Position numbers and translations under genes: made by a program
Part shown: one piece after another, positions 60,067 through 64,000 of the stretch
Numbering within the stretch: position 1 is the first letter of the stretch
Layout of the letters: each line of letters starts with the position of its first letter
Notes under the pieces: generated by a model
Database searches by the model: none
Seen by the model: only the letters and a program-made list of their open reading frames with translations
What the model was told of the DNA's origin: nothing
Assembly: GCA_977862235.1 (NCBI GenBank)
Contig: OZ374560.1
Coordinates: 1,984,001 to 2,048,000, forward strand
Source: Dudresnaya verticillata
Taxonomy: Eukaryota
Length of the DNA stretch: 64,000 nt
Reading direction: 5' to 3'

Positions 60067-61169
60067 TGTGGTGCAAATTGTCCCACGCCACTGGCGCTCT
60101 GTACCGTCCTAGACGGATAGCTCCCGTCTTTGACGTTTCTACCGCCTTTGGCGACTGGTATCGAGCTCGAGGCGCGAACCCGCTCGTGATCCCTGTTTCC
60201 GCCGATGGCGCTAGTCATTCGAATTTGTCGGGCAACTTGGTCAAGAACCAGACCTCCCGCTCACAGCGGATAGTGACGGCAATGTCGGGTTGAGAGAACG
60301 CGTGAGGTGTAGTTACTGGGTCACGCTGCCGCGCCCCGTGGCATACTTGCACACGTGGCACGTGTCACAGAGCAGCGGAGGACAATGGGACCAAGAGTCT
60401 GTAAGCGCGGTGCGTGAACACATGTAGGTGTAAGCATTAGCGCGGCGCGCGCGGTGGCGTGGGCAAATGTGTCAGGCGCGCGGCTGCATTCCGAGGGCGC
60501 TTGTCAGACGCACGACGGAACGACACGTGTCCTGAGTTCCCGCGCGCCGCAGCGCCACCGCCGTCGCCCACGCAGCAGTAGTAATACTGAGGTAACCCGT
60601 CTCGGACGTCACAATAAACCCCGGCAAGCCGGTCTGCCTTCACACTTCGCCCCTTCGCTCGTTAGCGTCACTGCCGCTAACGACGTTGGCTACGCGTTGC
60701 GACGATCGCGCTTCCGCGTCAATGTCCGTCTTTGACGTGTATCCCCTTTTGTTTTCCCCCGAGAAGCTCGGTAGTTCTTCACCCCCAGCGCTCAAGAGCG
60801 GACATCACCGCTATTAGCGTGGGCTACGTGCCGGACTACCACGCACTCATCCACTCCGTCGTGGACGTGTGTTTCCCCTTTATGGCCTTGGTAGCCGAAT
60901 GCCCCTTCCCGCTAGTGTGTGCGTCGCCACCGCTTCCGTTAGGCAAAGCGTCGGTACCCCCGTCCCTCCACGTTCAACACCGCCGTTGACGTGTTTCCAT
61001 TTCCATCTTGTTTCGTTTCTTTGGTTTCGACCTACCTACCGCCCAGGGCGTTTACAGTCCGCCTTGTGGCGTTGTCCATGCTCTACCACCCCTACCGTCT
61101 CTGACGTGCTACCCGCCGGGTCTCGAATTGCCCGGGCGTGTTTTTCCGTCCGACACGTTTTGCACCACA
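60067..61169 (+). mobile_element. Solo LTR (family B-related, 1103 bp)
   Basis: TGTGGTGCAAA...TTTGCACCACA termini; TSD CAAAG at 60062-60066 and 61170-61174; core similar to 29700-29870. Confidence 0.92.
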
Positions 61170-61591
61170 CAAAGCAAAGCCAGCTCACGAGCACTACGAC
61201 GAAATGCAATACGAAACGAAAGCAAGACAATGCAATGCTAATCGGCGAGCACGAGAACCACCAGGCCAATTCGCACACTCACGAATACAAATACTCACGC
61301 CCCTTCACCAGGGCAAATGTGCAACCGTAATAAGTGCTAGCACAATTCGCGAACAAATGCTCATGAAAACATCGCCGAGTGCATCGCCGCGAAGAGGGCG
61401 CTACAGCCCAGAGAGGAGAAAACGAGAAGAGCATTTAAGCAGACTCCTCATTGCTAGACTGATAAACGAGAGAGGGAAGAAAAAACAGAACGAGACCTCT
61501 CCGGCATCCGTGCCGAATCAACTAGCCGCCCAGCCTTACCTCCTCGTCCCTTCTGAACAGCTCTAGGTCAGATCATTTCCAGCAAGCGACA

Positions 61592-61605
61592 GTTATGGGC
61601 CCAGC
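61592..61605 (+). promoter_or_regulatory. Copia PBS complementary to the anticodon region of initiator tRNA-Met
   Basis: GTTATGGGCCCAGC immediately after the LTR, complementary to GCUGGGCCCAUAAC. Confidence 0.88.
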
Positions 61606-62791
61606 CATAGCAGTTGTTCCGAGGAAGCCAACTGATCCACCACCCTTCACATCATCTACCAACAAATTTAAATGGCGCAATGAAGTCCGCACATGGGTCC
61701 GAATCGTCAAGAAACAAGCCGCAGCCGATTGCAAGAACACCAAAGCCATTGCCAGTGCTCTGGGAGAGTCGCTCTACCTCGCAGTAGACGAATCATCCAG
61801 GTATCTCCTTGATCATGCAATCAGTATGGGCACCCTATCACTCGACACGGACGAAGAAGATCCGGATCAGACGAATATGATCGAAGCGATACTGAATATC
61901 GTTGCAGAAGACAGCCCAACCGAAAGCGTAAAGCGACTTGTGTCCATGATGCAAAACGTCCATCAATGTGTTCGCGGGGATGCTGAGTCACCAATTGCAT
62001 ACGCCCGCAGATTCAAAGGACTCGCCAGTCTTTACCTCAATAATTGCCAAACCGGGAACGCCAAACAAGATACCCAGTTGTTCGCCATGATTCTACTGGA
62101 AAATGCTAAACTTCCAGAAGCCACCCTAAACCACATCATCCTTCAACTTATCAGCGAAGCTACAGTCAAGACGGATATGCCCACCCTGGAGTATGTTTCA
62201 GTCTCCATAAGTGATCTATCGAAAGCCATTCGAGCCTCATCCGAAGCCGCCTCCACACTTAAAAGTGATACTCCCAACGTAGCTTCCGTCCAGACCACTC
62301 TCAATTCGATATCCAGCACACTACTGCAGATGAACAAGAACGACTCTGCCAAGACAAAGGAACAGAAACGCATCCCCAATCTTACACTCGACGCAGCCAC
62401 TCGCGCAGTAATCGAGATCAATATCAGCTTTACGCGCACTGGTCTGGATACACAGGGATCCTTGCTTGGCAAACGGACATACCAACACAATAATGACGCC
62501 CATAGCCCCGCCAAGCGCCATATACCAGTCGGTGCAGGCCTCAAAGCCACCACCAAATGCCGTTCCTGCCACAAAATGGGCCACTGGTGGCAAGACCGCC
62601 CCGAATGTGCAGCTATTGCAAAGAAGAAATTTGAGAAATAGGTTCAACACAAATTCAAAAACGCCCAAACGCAAGAAAGCAGACTACCGACAACCCCGCG
62701 CTCCGACAAGATCCAACACGACGACGATTCCGACACAGAAGCCCCTGCTTACACGCCCCAGAAAGAGAAGTCCTCGTTTTTTCGTCGGTAG
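61595..62791 (+). CDS. gag: Copia gag (open to TAG 62639-62641; frame resumes to TAG 62789-62791)
   Basis: PPPF...FKWRNEVRTW; zinc knuckle CRSCHKMGHWWQDRPEC. Confidence 0.8.
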
Positions 62792-64000
62792 GGTCCGACC
62801 AGCTCCTCTCGGACCCTAACCCCATCCTCGATGAAGGAGCTCCTACCTCCACCGGAGGGACCTCCAACGCTGCCAAGCTATGTGACATCCTCGGCATCCC
62901 TCTAACACTCAGTGAACCAAGAGACCTGTACCTACATGGGTGGGGTCAAAACTGCCTCGACGCAAAGATGATCGAATGCTCCTGGACACTGACTATACAC
63001 GACATTACAGGCAAACCGACTTCATTTACCTTCGACCTCGTCAACGGCGAGTCTCCCCTCATCCTCGGACTAGACGTCAAGAAATTCTCGAATACTATCA
63101 ATCTCTCGAATCCAAGCTTCGTCGAGATCAATCGCCCCTCAGACAGTAGTGTCCGCAGGTTCAGCACATACATAACCCAATCCAACAACGACCAACGACT
63201 CCGCCTCGAGATTATCCCCCACCGCAACTCATCAATACGCACTCTCATGGCCACCATCCACCACCGTCCATCCATCTCACTTGCGAAGAAAATTCGCCGC
63301 TATACACACGCCACAGCCACAGAGATGAAAGATTTATACAAAGCCGCCGGCAAGCTGACAAAAGAACTCGCACTAGCATTCGATAAGGTACACGCCGCCT
63401 GCGAAATCTGTTGCTCAGAGGGCCGCCCTCGTCACTCGAAAAAGATTTCACTCTCACACGTCAACAAGGAATTCAACTACGAGATCCAAGCAGACTTTCT
63501 ATGGGCAGTAATCCAATCGACAAAGTACGTCATTCTCAACATCGTTGACACAGGTACTAAATACGGTGAGAGAGTCGTGGCCCCTGCAAGATCCGCCGAT
63601 ATCATGACTAAGCTGATCGACCAACACTGGATCACCAAGCACGGAGCACCAACCGCCTTCAGTTCCGACCCGGAATTCCACGTCACTAGTCTCAAACAAA
63701 CCCTCGCGCATCACAAGATACAATTTCACCCAAGACCAGCACGTCGTCACAATAAGACAGGTATCGTAGAAAGGAACAACGCCGTTTTCAAGAATGTGTT
63801 AGCCCGCCTTGGCAAGGAAAACACGACTGCCGCTCCGACTCAGCTCATCTCGCGGGCATCGTTCCTTACCAACATATTCTCCGGCTCGCACATACTCAGT
63901 TCCTTCCAGCTCGCACGGGGGTACTCTCCATCCATCCTGGGACTGCCATCTACAATCGTGACCCCAGACTTGCTCAATGCGCACTGCGAACAAGTCGCGC
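62776..64000 (+). CDS. pol: Copia pol (PR, integrase), partial, -1 frame relative to gag; absent from the ORF track
   Basis: Manual translation: PILDEGAPTSTGG, SPLILGLD, YTHAT...CEIC, EIQADFL, IVDTGT, HGAP, SSDPEF, GIVERNN; no stop seen. Confidence 0.88.

Larger units (their letters stand above)
60026..64000 (+). mobile_element. Ty1/Copia LTR retrotransposon (5' LTR 60026-61591 interrupted by a solo LTR); runs off the right edge
   Basis: TGTTG...CGACA LTR of about 458 bp after removing the insert; half-tRNA PBS; gag, then PR followed directly by INT. Confidence 0.9.

Overview
Eukaryotic, intron-poor, repeat-rich window. The style of the elements and genes suggests a red macroalga, which is my inference and not a search result. 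Two nested LTR-retrotransposon clusters (1-31 kb and about 52-64 kb) contain three minus-strand Ty3/Gypsy chromodomain-bearing elements, five copies of one LTR family, two solo LTRs with TSDs, a Ty1/Copia element running off the right edge and a pogo-like relic. Between them is a host island (33-51 kb) with three paralogous secreted proteins (Cys-rich N-domain plus a YfaP/DUF2135-like C-domain), two small cationic Cys-rich secreted proteins, a (CA)67 microsatellite, a Helitron-helicase relic and tRNA-Lys(CTT). The most notable signal is that two different Gypsy elements carry large antisense ORFs between pol and the 3' LTR. These share an unrecognised domain of about 90-110 aa (with two further relics elsewhere), basic NLS-like tails and, in one case, a C-terminal SUMO-interacting-like motif, suggesting a retrotransposon accessory gene. 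All alignments and counts were made by eye.
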